Below are positions 1 through 45,500 of a stretch of DNA of 64,000 bases, piece after piece. Every line of letters begins with the position of its first letter. The stretch's first letter is position 1. Source of the stretch: Camelus ferus (Eukaryota); the NCBI RefSeq assembly GCF_009834535.1, contig NC_045711.1, forward strand, positions 11,284,001-11,348,000, given 5' to 3'. Both the position numbers and the translations under genes were made by a program. The notes beneath the pieces are model-generated. The model was not told the DNA's origin and did no database searches. It saw nothing but the letters and a program-made list of their open reading frames with translations.

Positions 1-163
1 CTCATTCATCTGTTGTTTCTTCTCAGCACGCAGGGATTCCATTTTATGGGGTCTCTACCTCTCTGTGCCCACTATCCCCAGACTGAGAGTCCCCAGGCTA
101 AGGACCCCTGTTGTCCCCTCAGATGGTAAGTGACGGTCCCCAACCTCTGCCTGCCATGCCCAC

Positions 164-33939
<33,776 letters not shown>

Positions 33940-35998
33940 GGCCTCCGCCGGGAAAGGGGCCCCGGGGCCGCTCACGCTCCGGCTCGGTTATTCCGCTGCC
34001 GCCGTCGCCGCTTCTCCCCCATCGGGGGATCCTGGGGGCGGACTCCACCGCGCCTCCCCCGGAGAACGGGGAGGGGGAGGGCCGGCAGGAGGACCGACCC
34101 ACCGACTGACAGGAGCTATCGCCCAGGAGCCTGCAACCCGAGCCTCCCGACTCCGCTGCGCAGGCGCAGAGTGGCCGTGCACCGGGAGGCTGGAAGAGTG
34201 AACGTGACGCGAGCGCGCTGGGTTCCCCCTCCCCCTCGGCGCCGACACCTGCGCGCAGGCGCAGGAGAGAGAGCGAAAGGCGCAAGCGAGGACTGAGCGA
34301 CCGCGCAAGCCTGGCATGAAAGAAGTGGGCGGCGGCCGAGGCGGCCGCGGAGCTCGCCCACCAGCTGGCGCGCGTGCGCACATGCGTTTCCTTCCCTTCC
34401 CCTTTTTTTGTCTTTTCTCTTTCCCATTTCCTTCTTAGCCCTCCTTTGACGCCTCTCCTTCTCTTTCCCTCTTTCGTGTGCCCAGCAGCCAATCAAGCCA
34501 CCCACCTCTCTGTTTGCGGGGGAAGGGAGGAGGGACCCAACCCCCTCTATTACTAGGGGCGTTGTTATGGTAACTCCCCACGCGAGGGCTGAGTGGCCTC
34601 TAGATAGGATGGGCTGTCCACCCACCTAATTGCTATGGCAACAGTGGAGCCACTGAGGGAGGGGCCTCTTCGTGAGAACCACCTGGGAGCTGGGGAGTGG
34701 AGTGGGGCTAGCTGGCTCATGAATGCCCTTTACCCTCTTCCCTGGCAGGAGTCGGGAGTGTTGAGTAGGGGACCTCAGATCTCAGGGTAGGGAATCCTAC
34801 TGCAGATCTTTGTCTCTGCACCTCTTGTTCTGCACAAAGGAGCTGTTTCAACAATTATTCATTGAGCACTGGAGCTGTGCGTGGGGGAAGGGGTGGGAAA
34901 GAGGTGGAGGGGAGAAGGAGGAGGAATCTATGTCCAACCCCTGCGCATCTTGCTTCGGTCACCTTAGGTCTAGTCATATTGGCATAGCACTCTCAGCCAT
35001 TAGCCTCACTGGAGGCTGGGTAATGCTATATAAAGAACAAGGAGTCATGTTCTGCCACTGACATGCTGTGTGACCTTGAGCAAGTTGCGTTGCTTCTCTG
35101 GGCCTTTTGTTCATTGTGAAGTCGAAGGAGAAAGCTGTTTGAGCTCCAAGATCATTTCCAGCAACAATACTATCTCTGAAAGACCCCACCACCAGCCTTA
35201 ATGTAAACATCACTCAGGAGAGTTTGAATGAAAAGTCCTTGGAGAAGGGCAAACACCCTCCTTTCTGGATCCTTCTCCTTCGCACATTTGGATGCACATC
35301 CAGTCTTGCTCCCCTTCCCCCTCCCCACCCATTTAGCTTGCTGTTGTCCTATTCCGAGCCACAATCCTTACTTACCTCCTATACTCTTATCCCCTTACAT
35401 CAATTCTCCACACTCAGAGTGATTTTTCTAAAACTCAAACCTGATGCCACTCTACTGTTTAAGATCTTTCACTGGCTCCCCCCCACCCCATGTCTTCTGA
35501 GTAGAGTCTAAAGTGTGGCAACCAAGATCTTTCCAGTTTCTGCCTGCTTCTCGTGACCTGTTTTCTCAACACTCCACCATTCAACCTCACTTGTTCTAGC
35601 CATATGGAAATCCTCTACTCACAGTTCCCAGAACTCAGCGGACCCTCCTCCAGCCTTTGCACTTGCTGTTCCTTTTCCCTGGAATTCTCTGACCCTGCCC
35701 ATTCTCACTGCCGTTTGCTTTGTCTTTCATAGCTTAATTGCCTCCTCCATGAAGCCTTCCTTGACCCACTGAGACTAAGTTTGGCTTTTCTGTTGTAGAT
35801 ACCTGGCTTAAACCCATGGTAACATTTAAGAATATGAATTGTAAATGTCTGATTCTCCTTAAAAGCAGGAATTATGTCAGTCTTATTCAGCACAGGGTCT
35901 GGCACTGACTCGAGGTTCAGTAACATGTAATTGAATGAAGGCCTCTGTGTCTGGGTAGGCATTGTGAAATACAGTAATTCAAGGACTAGACCATGGCA

Positions 35999-36152
35999 GG
36001 GAGGGGACAGCAACCAGTGGTAGAGCACATGCTTAGCATGCACGAGGTCCTGGCTTCAATCCCCAGTACCTCCTCTAAAAATAAATAAACCTAATTACCT
36101 CCCCCCACTGGAAAACTAAGTAAATAAATAAACCTATTTTTTTTTTTTAAAA
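35999..36152 (+). mobile_element. tRNA-Ala-derived SINE (camelid vic-1-like)
   Basis: CAGTGGTAGAGCACATGCTTAGCATGCACGAGGTCCTGGCTTCAATCCCCAGTACCTCC...AATAAACCTAATTACCTCCCC; flanked on both sides by gaccatgg (candidate TSD). Confidence 0.9.
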
Positions 36153-36445
36153 AAGGACCATGGGATAGTAGAGGAAAACATAGAATTTGAAGTTTGTGCT
36201 TTAAGTCATTAAGCTCTCCGAGGCTCAATCCTATCATCTGTAAAACAGAGATAGTAACAGGGAGGTTAGGATAAAATAAAGCACTTGGTTCATAGTAGGT
36301 CCTCAGTAAATGCCCGACTCATGGGCAATGTTTAATAAAGAGATACTGAATCAGTGAATGAGCAAGTTAACATCACAGGGATAGGGTAAGGGGCCCCCCC
36401 AAACCTCAAGACACAATGTGATCTGGGGAGGGTGGAGGGAGACAA

Positions 36446-36918
36446 TGTGAAGGAAGAGCTGGGCTGGTCTAACAAGATAACTCACAGGTCTAGGAATGTG
36501 AAGGAGAGGCTGGGCTGGACTAACAAGATAACTCACAAATCTAAGTATTGGAATACTGATTGATCTGAGTTCTGCTGGACTAACTTGTAAATCTAGGTTA
36601 ATTAGTGTTGGTTTGCTGTTCATGTTTTTTTGCTAGCCAGCTGGGTTTTCAAAGATACATATCTGGCTTTGGAATGTTGGTTTGCTGCCTCCCCACCTCC
36701 ACTTTTGTGATGATAATGCTGCTAAAGCTGTTCCATGCCTATTGGCCAAATACCCCAAGCTTGTACTTTACCCTATAAAACCTCATATGCACGTCTTGGA
36801 GGTGAGGTGCTCAGAGCTTCGGAGCAGAAGCCCCTCTGAGCCCTCCAGCGTAATACATCTGAGTACTCCAACCCTCCTAGTGGTGCGTGTTTCTTGACTG
36901 GCCTGTCGTTTCTGTAAA
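36446..36918 (+). mobile_element. Solo ERV LTR (probably ERV1 class)
   Basis: Starts TG; internal ~51-bp tandem U3 repeat (36446-36496 / 36497-36545); TATAAAA at 36774-36780; R/U5-like GGAGCAGAAGCCCCTCTGAGCCC...GTAATACATCTGAGTACTCCAACCCTCC; ends TTTCTGTAAAA (expected ...CA). Confidence 0.75.
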
Positions 36919-37373
36919 ATGAGCAAGTTAATATCACAGGGATAGGGTAAAAGGCCCTCCCAAACCTCAAGACACAATGTGATCTGGGGAGTGGGAAGGG
37001 TGGGGAGACAAGATCGGCCTGTGCTGACAATTCCTGAAGTTGGAGTATTGACGTGTGGGTATGTGAGGATTCACCATTCTAGCCTCTACTTTTAGATATA
37101 TGAAATTGTCATAATAACTTAAAAAGAGACAACGTGGTGGAGGAAGCCCTGAATCAGGCAGCAAGAAAAGTTAAAATGTTAGAAATAAGACAAATCTTGG
37201 GTCCCTGGGGGATAGGCATTTTGCAGACTCAGTCACCCTTAGGGCGTCCCATCCACCCTGGGAGGCTGGATTCATTCTCTTCATCCTGGGTCTAGGGCCA
37301 ACCTTTCTGATTGCAAGTCCACTGCTTTTTTCCCTGCACTATGGGGGCCTCCATTCAAGAATCTCCAGGACTA

Positions 37374-37504
37374 GGGGAGGCAGGGTAGAGCTCGTGGTAG
37401 AGCGCATGCTTAACAGCCACGAGGTCCTGTGTTCAATCCCCAATACCTCCATTAAAAAAAAAATAAGGCTAATTACCCCACACCCATCCCACCCCCCGGC
37501 AAAA
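37374..37504 (+). mobile_element. tRNA-Ala-derived SINE (camelid vic-1-like)
   Basis: GTGGTAGAGCGCATGCTTAA...GAGGTCCTGTGTTCAATCCCCAATACCTCCATTAAAAAAAAAATAAGGCTAATTACCCC. Confidence 0.85.
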
Positions 37505-38179
37505 TTTCCAGGACAAACTAAGGGGGAGCAGAGAGACAGGCAGTGTGAAGCAGAAGCCCACCTACCCCTGGCCCAGCCCTGGGACAGCTGCTGCCTCCAC
37601 CCCACTCACAGTTAATGAGATAATGTCCCCGAGGGAAAGAGGCACTTAGCGCTGACAATGAGGCTAATTAGCAGAATGCCAATTAGTACCTGGGGACTGC
37701 TATATATGGGAGGGGGGATTTCTTGTGTGGAAGTGGCTTCTTCAGGGGAATGGAGTGCTGGACTCAAAGGAGAGGGTGGGAGCGAGGCCACAGCATCCCC
37801 TCTTTCCATGTCATTGTCCACAAGGACCTCCTCTTCCATGAAGGCCTCCTAAACTCCTCACTTTATTCCCTTCTGTCTCTTCCTGCTCCTGTGGTCAATT
37901 CTGAGACCAAGGAATGAAGGGCAAGAGCCAAGATCATGCTAAACTTTTTTTGAATTGCAAAATATTTCAGATACACAGAGATATGAGGAAAAAAAAATAC
38001 ATATATCAAGTTCACATACCAACCACTCAGCTTAAGAAATAAGTCACAAATTTACTCAAAGAGTTCTCTCTGTATACCTGTTGTCTTATTCCTTTCTCTC
38101 CACCCACCCTGGGAGGTAACCCTATTCCATCCAGTGCTACGCCATCTCATAAACAGTACCATCTGTTTTCTCTTTCGTC

Positions 38180-38390
38180 TGGACCAGCATCATAGAAGTT
38201 TGTGCGATGACAGAAATGGTCTATACCTGCCCTCTCCGATATGTCAGCCACTAGCCCCAAGTGGCTTCTGAGCACTTAAAACATGGCCAGTGTGAGTGAG
38301 GAACTAAATATTTACCTATTCCTAATGGTCATTAACTTAAATATCAATAGTCTAATGTGGCTGGTGGCTACTGTGTTGGACAGTGTCCCA
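38180..38390 (+). mobile_element. MER3 hAT-Charlie relic
   Basis: TGTGCGATGACAGAAATGGTCTATACCTGC...GCCACTAGCC...GAGCACTTAAAACATGGC...GTGGCTGGTGGCTACTGTGTTGGACAG. Confidence 0.8.
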
Positions 38391-38991
38391 TGGCGGTGGG
38401 GAATTTGTTGTACTCACTTCTGTGAGGGTAGAATGGTGTCTGACAGCGAGCAAGGGCTCAAAAACATTAAAGTCAACAGCTGAATCTTTACAGCAAGACC
38501 ATTATGGAAGTAGTATTCCATTTCCCAGTTGGGACCACCGAGGCCCAGAGAAGTGGTGTAACTTGAAAAGGTTACCAAAGTAATGAGTGACAAATCCAGG
38601 ATTTGGGCCCAGTTCTTCCTGACCTCAAGCCCACTTCCTTACCCACTCCCCATGGGGCTTCCCTGAGCCTCTCCCTGTGCTGTCACTTGAAGAACAAGAG
38701 GCAGCCCCTCCCTCACCTGCAGCTGTGCAGTCAGCGCCACTGTCCCCCAGGTGTCCTAGTGCGGTCCCGCCCTTCCTTCTACCCAGACAGCAGTGTGCAA
38801 AGACCTTCTCCCAGCACCGGGTCACAGAGCTTTGGAAACTACAGACAAGTTGAGCAGAGATGAAGCAGCGGAAGAAAGGAGTGGGCTGGAGAGAAGGTGA
38901 AGGGGCTCAGTGCTGCTATGTGCAGGCCTTGGGGGTGGCGGAGACAAGCATTCAGTTCAGCCAAGGAAGAGGCAAGGACCTTTTCTAGGCT

Positions 38992-38997
38992 TTTATT
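38992..38997 (-). terminator. PLD2 polyadenylation signal AATAAA
   Basis: tttatt on the + strand, about 540 nt after the stop codon. Confidence 0.7.
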
Positions 38998-39538
38998 TAT
39001 GAAATGCTTATGAACTGATACAAAGTTAGTGTCTGTCAGCAGCTGGTGGAGGGGGTTAGTGTGCGTCCCTCCCACCCCTCCCCACCTCGGGGGCTGAAGC
39101 CAGGAGTGCCTCCATCCTTCTCTCCATTTTGCCAATAATGAGCTGGGAGAGGCTGTGGGGCAGGGAGGGGCTTCAAGGCATGAGAACGAAGGTGGGGACA
39201 GGAAGGCCCAGGGCAGAGTCTGGTCTCCATGAAGTAGGAGGCTGGCCCCAGGCGTCCTGGCAGGAGTTTTGCTTCTCCTTTGTAGCAGTGGTTTGAAATG
39301 GGCAGTGGGGAGGATGAACTTCTCTAGGACCCTCTTCTGTCTCCCCAGCCCGGGGTTGGGAGTGTCTTGTTTGGTAGCTTCTCAAGAAAGGGTCCTCTGT
39401 GACTTCTCTAGTCCCCTTCAGGGGTTCTTGCCTCCGGCAGGTCTCAAAGACACTGCCCTCAGTCCTCAGGGTTAGGGGGCAGGCAGCCAGACTCGGTGGA
39501 GCCCAGCACTGGTGACCTCTTCCAGGCCGAAGCCGGAG

Positions 39539-42500
39539 CTATGTCCACACTTCTAGGGGCATCACGCCCTCCTTGCTACCCAGGGGAGGCAGCAAAGACT
39601 CATCCTCCAGGAACTTGAGGGGGAAGTGGACTAGATGGCCCTGGACCTGGGTGAGTTCAGACTGGGCCAAGGGAGGGCTGACCGTGGCTAGGGGCTCCAC
39701 GGCCACATACTCCCGGAGTGCCCTCAGGGAGCGTATGGCGTTGGATGGCAGGCAACGGAAGATCTGTGGGCAGAGGGCATGGAGGCCAATAAGAATTGGG
39801 AGAATCTGCCGAGAGTCCAAGTCCAACTGGACGGGACGCCCCCACTCCCCATACCACATCCCCCTACACTGACCCTGAGCCACTGTATCCCATGATGGGC
39901 CCTCAGATCCTCATCCCCCTTCTGAGAATGGCTGTGTGGGGCGGCTCCTCTCCATCCCACCCTGGACAGGATAATCCATGAACTGCCCCCTGGCCAGCCC
40001 CCTCCGCGCCCACCTGCTCATAGATATTGGCATTGCTCTCAGCTGTGTCTTGCCACAACTGGAAGAAATCATCACAGATCGGGTCTTGGAGATCTAGGTT
40101 CGGCCGGGCATCTGCCCCAAGAATCACGCTGTGGGAGAAAGGGGTCCCGGCAGGGCCAGGTTAAGATCCTTTGAGAACCTGAATACCAGAAAAGTTATGT
40201 TGTGCCTACACAGGTAATTCAAAATAGATGCAGTGTTAAGTAGTAAAGTCAGTGTAAACGAGCCCAACAGAGCTTTCATTTGCCTCTACTTTGGTGACTG
40301 TTAACGCTTTAAAAATAAATACCTGTAACTACTATATATAAATAAACAGCAAGGTCCTACTGTATAGCATAGGGAACTATATTCAATACCTTGTAACAGT
40401 CTATAATGAAAAAGAATATGAAAAGGACTTCATATATGTATAACTGAATCCCTATGCTGTACACCAGAAATTAACACAACATTGTAAACCAACTACACTT
40501 TAATTAAAAAAAAAAGAAAACAATAAAACATATACATATTCCAAATTATTTTTGAACTATTGGTTTCTCATTTTTTTGGTACCCCTACTTTGCCAGTACC
40601 CTAAACTGGATTAGGCTGCCTCTTGGGAAATTCAGTATTACCTCTAAGTGATTCACACCTGCTCAAAAGGCAGATAGTCCCCTCTTTCCACCTCTCCCTC
40701 CCACCCTGTAGCACCCAACCCCGGCTCTACCTGAAGCAGTGCTTCCTCAAACTCAAGGCAAACCTGCCCGCTTGATACTCCACACCGCCCATGAGGGATG
40801 GCTCCGTCTCCGTGTCCTCGATCAGCACGGCCAGCTCACTGTCCCGCTTCCCCAGCAGGCTTCGATCATTAATGTTGGCAGAGCCTGGGGTGGATGAGGG
40901 ACACACTGTGTTCTCCTCAGCCCAGGGGGACTCCCCACCCCATCCCCTCTACCCGAGCACCAGCCTGTGGGCAACATGCCTTCTTTGGCCTCCATCCCCA
41001 ATTGGGCCTCATCTGCAGCCTCCATCACCTCCCCCATCCCGTGGACCCTGGCTAGGCCCTGCTTCACCTCTCCACCACCCTTCTCTTTCTTCAGGGGGCC
41101 CAGCTTCCCACTGGGATCAGCACTGACCAATGATGACTGTCCGGTCATCTGCAATGAGCATCTTGCTGTGGATATAGATGAGCTCTGAGACCGGGTGCCC
41201 GCCCAGCTCTCCATGTGTGCGAAGCCCACAGATGGACATATAGTTCCGCCACGCTGTCCCCACTGTGAGTAAGAGATCAGGCGAAGAAAGGGTGGGGTGA
41301 GAGATGCCCTACAAGTGCAGAGGAAGTCGTGTCCCATCTACCTCCTCACTTCAGAAGCCCTATGGAGCCTGGTCTATATACCTCTCCAGGCAGTGAAAGA
41401 TGACCTGTGGGCTCGGGTAGTTGTTCTCAGGAGCATGCAGGAATGACAGCCTCTTTCCCTCCACCCCTGGAGCTCCAGCTCCCTCAAGCTCCCCCTCCCC
41501 AGGGGTCCAGGGCTGGAACCCCCAGCCCCCAGCACTCACTGGCTGCTTTGAGGCGATGCAGGATTGAATATTCCCCACGACAGAGGGTCCTGAGGGAAAA
41601 GAATGGGTGAGGGAGGTGGAGAATGGGGGAGGGGATGGGGGATGTCAGGAGAGAGCTGGACCTCAAAAGTCCAGCAGGAAGGGGTCAGGGCAGAGTCAGG
41701 ATTGGGGCACAGGTGGGACTGGGCCATGCAGGGGCACAGTCTGGCCAGAGGCGGGGGTGTCACCTGTAAGTGAAGTGCAGAATGGCCTGGATGGCATTCC
41801 CACCACCTGTGGAGATGTCACCCTCAAATCCGGGGAGCAAGGGCAAAAGCACGTAGACTCGGAAGCACTGCCCCTGTCTGGGGAGGGGTGGAGTCAGAGG
41901 TCTGACCTGTCCCCCAAGCCCCACCCCTCTTTTTGGGCTTAAACTATGCCCACAACCCCCTGCTCTGGCTGGTCCATCTTACTTGTGGGCTTTCAGGATT
42001 CTGTCCACAATCTCATCGCCCACCTTGTTCAGAACTGTCCGCCCATCTGAGCAGCTAATGAAGAACTGATTCTGGGGCAGGGACCAAAGACAGACATCAG
42101 CAGTCTGGCCCCAGCCCCTGCCCTCAGCTCTCTGCAGCCATACCTACCCCCCCACCCCCACCCAGGCTCCAGCCCTGGCTCCAGACTTCCGCATTTCTCC
42201 AGGCCCAGCTACACCAGCCCACGACGCTCCGTTCCCACCCTCACCCAGTCAGACCTCAATGTAGAGGAAGTGCTGGCTCTCTCTGATGGTGTGCAGGTAG
42301 GCATTGAGGATGGAGTTCTCTGAAGTCCCCGCAGACCAGCGGTCCACTGACCGTAAGACCTGGGGGAACAGTGAATATGAAATGGTTCCTGACCTCAGAA
42401 GAGGAGGGGTCTGGGGGGCTCTCAGGGAGAATGGACTGGGGCATTGGGCTGAAGGCAGGGCAGGCTGAAGTCAGAGCCTCACCTGCACGGTGGCGCACTG

Positions 42501-45500
42501 CCCTCCTGGGAGCACAAAGGGGAGCTGGTTTGCAGTGCTGTTGGACTTGGGCAGCAGGTAGGGGTACAAGGGTATCTTGTACTTGGCCTTGGTAGTCTGA
42601 GGCAGGGGATGGAAGAGTAAGTGGGAGGTGGCACGCTGCCCCTGGCTCCCTCCCAGCCTCTAAGAGGGAGCGAAGGGAGCAAGCACCTTGGTGAAGTTCC
42701 AGCGCTGGATGAAATGCCGGGCAAGGTCCCGGGCGGGCAGGCCGTGGATGACCACGCCGATGTCCCGCCATGGCATCCGGGGTGTGGTCTCCCTATCAAT
42801 GAAATCTGGGGGTCCCGGAAGAGTCAGGGATGGTCTCTTGGGGACACTCGGGAAAGGAAGGAGGAGGAGCTGAGCAGAGGGGAGGCTGTATTCCCCTTGA
42901 CCCAGCTCATCCTGTCCTCAGTCCCAGCCCTGACTTCTTCCCCTGTTCCCAGGTCTCCGGAACCCCTTACCCTCAAAAGGCCGATCCAGATGCACCCAGT
43001 CCTTAGTGATGAGATTGCTGTAGTCCTTGCCCAGCCAGAAGAGCTGGTTGTGAGAGAGGTCTGGGGTGTCCAAGGAGTCTGAGCACAGGGTGGGAGGCTG
43101 TAGGGGGAACACACCCAAGCCAGGGGCAAGGAGAAGTCATGGGGGGCATACAGAGCTGGGCCCAAGAGAAGAGAGGAGCACTGGAAGACTGGGAGACACA
43201 GAGACACAGAAAGTAAGAAGGAAGTAGACAGAGTCTGATTCCCTGGCTGCCCCTTCAGCTGCATGTGGAATCCCTAGAGGGATGGGGGTGGGGGTGGGAG
43301 GAGGAGTGGACATGGGGAGGGGACTGGGTCATTGTATCTTCAAAGCAGGTTCTTGAGGTCCCAGAGAGGCCGAGGAACTGCTGAGTGTGGGCAGCACTTG
43401 GAATGACTTGAGGGTACAGACTGGAGCCAGGAAGGGGCGTGGCTTTAGGTTAGCTGAGTTTGGGGGCACTCAGGAAGGCCTTGGTAGATTACCTGGGGGG
43501 TAGCTGACTCAGAGGAGTTCCCAAGGTCAGTCAGTCGGTAGTGCAGGTCATCCCAGCGGCCATAGGCGAGGTCCAGCCCCCCAAGGAAGGCCACTACTTG
43601 GTCTACCACCAGGAGCTTCTCATGATGGGCCCACAGTGTCACCTGATCTGGGTGGCGCATCACCTGGAGCAGGTAGGGGGTAGTTCATGAGGGTGGGCTT
43701 AGGTGGGAGAAGACAGAGGGTATTGGGAGGGGGAATGGAAAGACAGAAGGAGGCGACGTCAAGGCAAGGGAGGGTTGAGGGGATGGGGACGTGTGGTGAG
43801 GAGGGCGGTAGGGGAGGGGTCTCTAGGGGCTAAGAGTCACCTTTATGTTGGGGTGCAGCAGCATCAGAGCCCTCTTGCTGTAGCCACTGTTGATGCCCAA
43901 GGCCAACTCCACTTCCTTAAACAGCAGGATGGACACCCGGACACCCTCCTCCTGGTGGTCAGTGGAGAATCAGATTGTAATGCCTCTCTCAGAATGACCC
44001 CTTTCCACCCTCCCAAACCCTTCCCTCTGCTCAGTGTCCTTGTATGTTCCTCCACCCTGCCTGGAGCTCCACAGTGCTCTTCCACTTACACCCTACTTTG
44101 ATGCTCACACCAAACTTAGACCGGATATCATCTATCTGCTCATCCACTCATCCATCCACACATCCACCCACCTACCTAGCATTATCTCTCCATCCATCTT
44201 CCCAACAACTTACTCATCTCCTTATCTACCATCTGTCATTCATCCCTCTACCCACCCACTCTCCTACTGATTCACCTTCCCAACCTCACAACCTTCCATC
44301 TATCTCCCTTTCCATCATCTATCCAACCGCTCACCCACCATCATCCACGTATCTTTTCTCCCATCCATCATCATCTATGGATGTCCCCAACACAGTAGAC
44401 ACTGCCTTGTATTGAAACTAGTAATAAGGAATTAGCGCAATGAGAAAGCTAGCGGTGTAACACAGTAGAGGGAAGTCAGGTAACACAGTAGAGGGAAGGT
44501 AACACAGTAGAGGGAAGTCTATACCAGGTAAAGGGGGGGCAAGAACTAGGAAGTGTCAATTTTCCTTATGGAAAAGGAAGAGGTAACGTTTGTCAGATAC
44601 AGAGCCAGGATGGGCACATTTCCTCCTCCTCCTCAAGTTTCAGATTCTCTACCTCCCCCATGCTGCAGTCCTTCCTGACCAATCTCCACCCACGGGCACC
44701 CCCACCACANNNNNNNNNNNNNNNNNNNNNNNNNNNNNNNNNNNNNNNNNNNNNNNNNNNNNNNNNNNNNNNNNNNNNNNNNNNNNNNNNNNNNNNNNNN
44801 NNNNNNNNNNNNNNNNNNNNNNNNNNNNNNNNNNNNNNNNNGGGGAAACTAAGCCCCAGACAACGGTCACGCCTCCCCTTCCACCCCTTCTTCTGACCCT
44901 TAAGCTATCTGTTGCCCTATCCTACCCCTTCCAGCTTGGGCTTTTCCCCACTTACCACCAATCTGTGATGAAAATCTCTNNNNNNNNNNNNNNNNNNNNN
45001 NNNNNNNNNNNNNNNNNNNNNNNNNNNNNNNNNNNNNNNNNNNNNNNNNNNNNNNNNNNNNNNNNNNNNNNNNNNNNNNNNNNNNNNNNNNNNNNNNNNN
45101 NNNNNNNNNNNNNNNNNNNGGGTCAGAGATGACAGCAGGGGCAAAGATCAAGAGTGATCTGAGAGGTCAGACAGTATCAGATATATCAAAGTCAGATAAA
45201 TTTGCCAGTATGAGCTAAATGAAATTAAAAATTAAAAAGACACAGTAAACTAAAGAAAATGACTAAGATTTGGAGGATTAATACGTCATATATAAAGAGT
45301 TCCAACAAATCAATGACAAAAAGACATACAAGCCAACCAAAGAAAGAATAAGTACTGACAGTTCACAGGGGATATGAAAATGGCCAATCATAGGAAAAGA
45401 TGTTCAATTTTACCATAGAGCAAGGAAATTGATATTAAAATGAAATAACACTTAAAATTCACTAGATTAATAAGAATTAAAGTCACTGGTAACATTCAAT

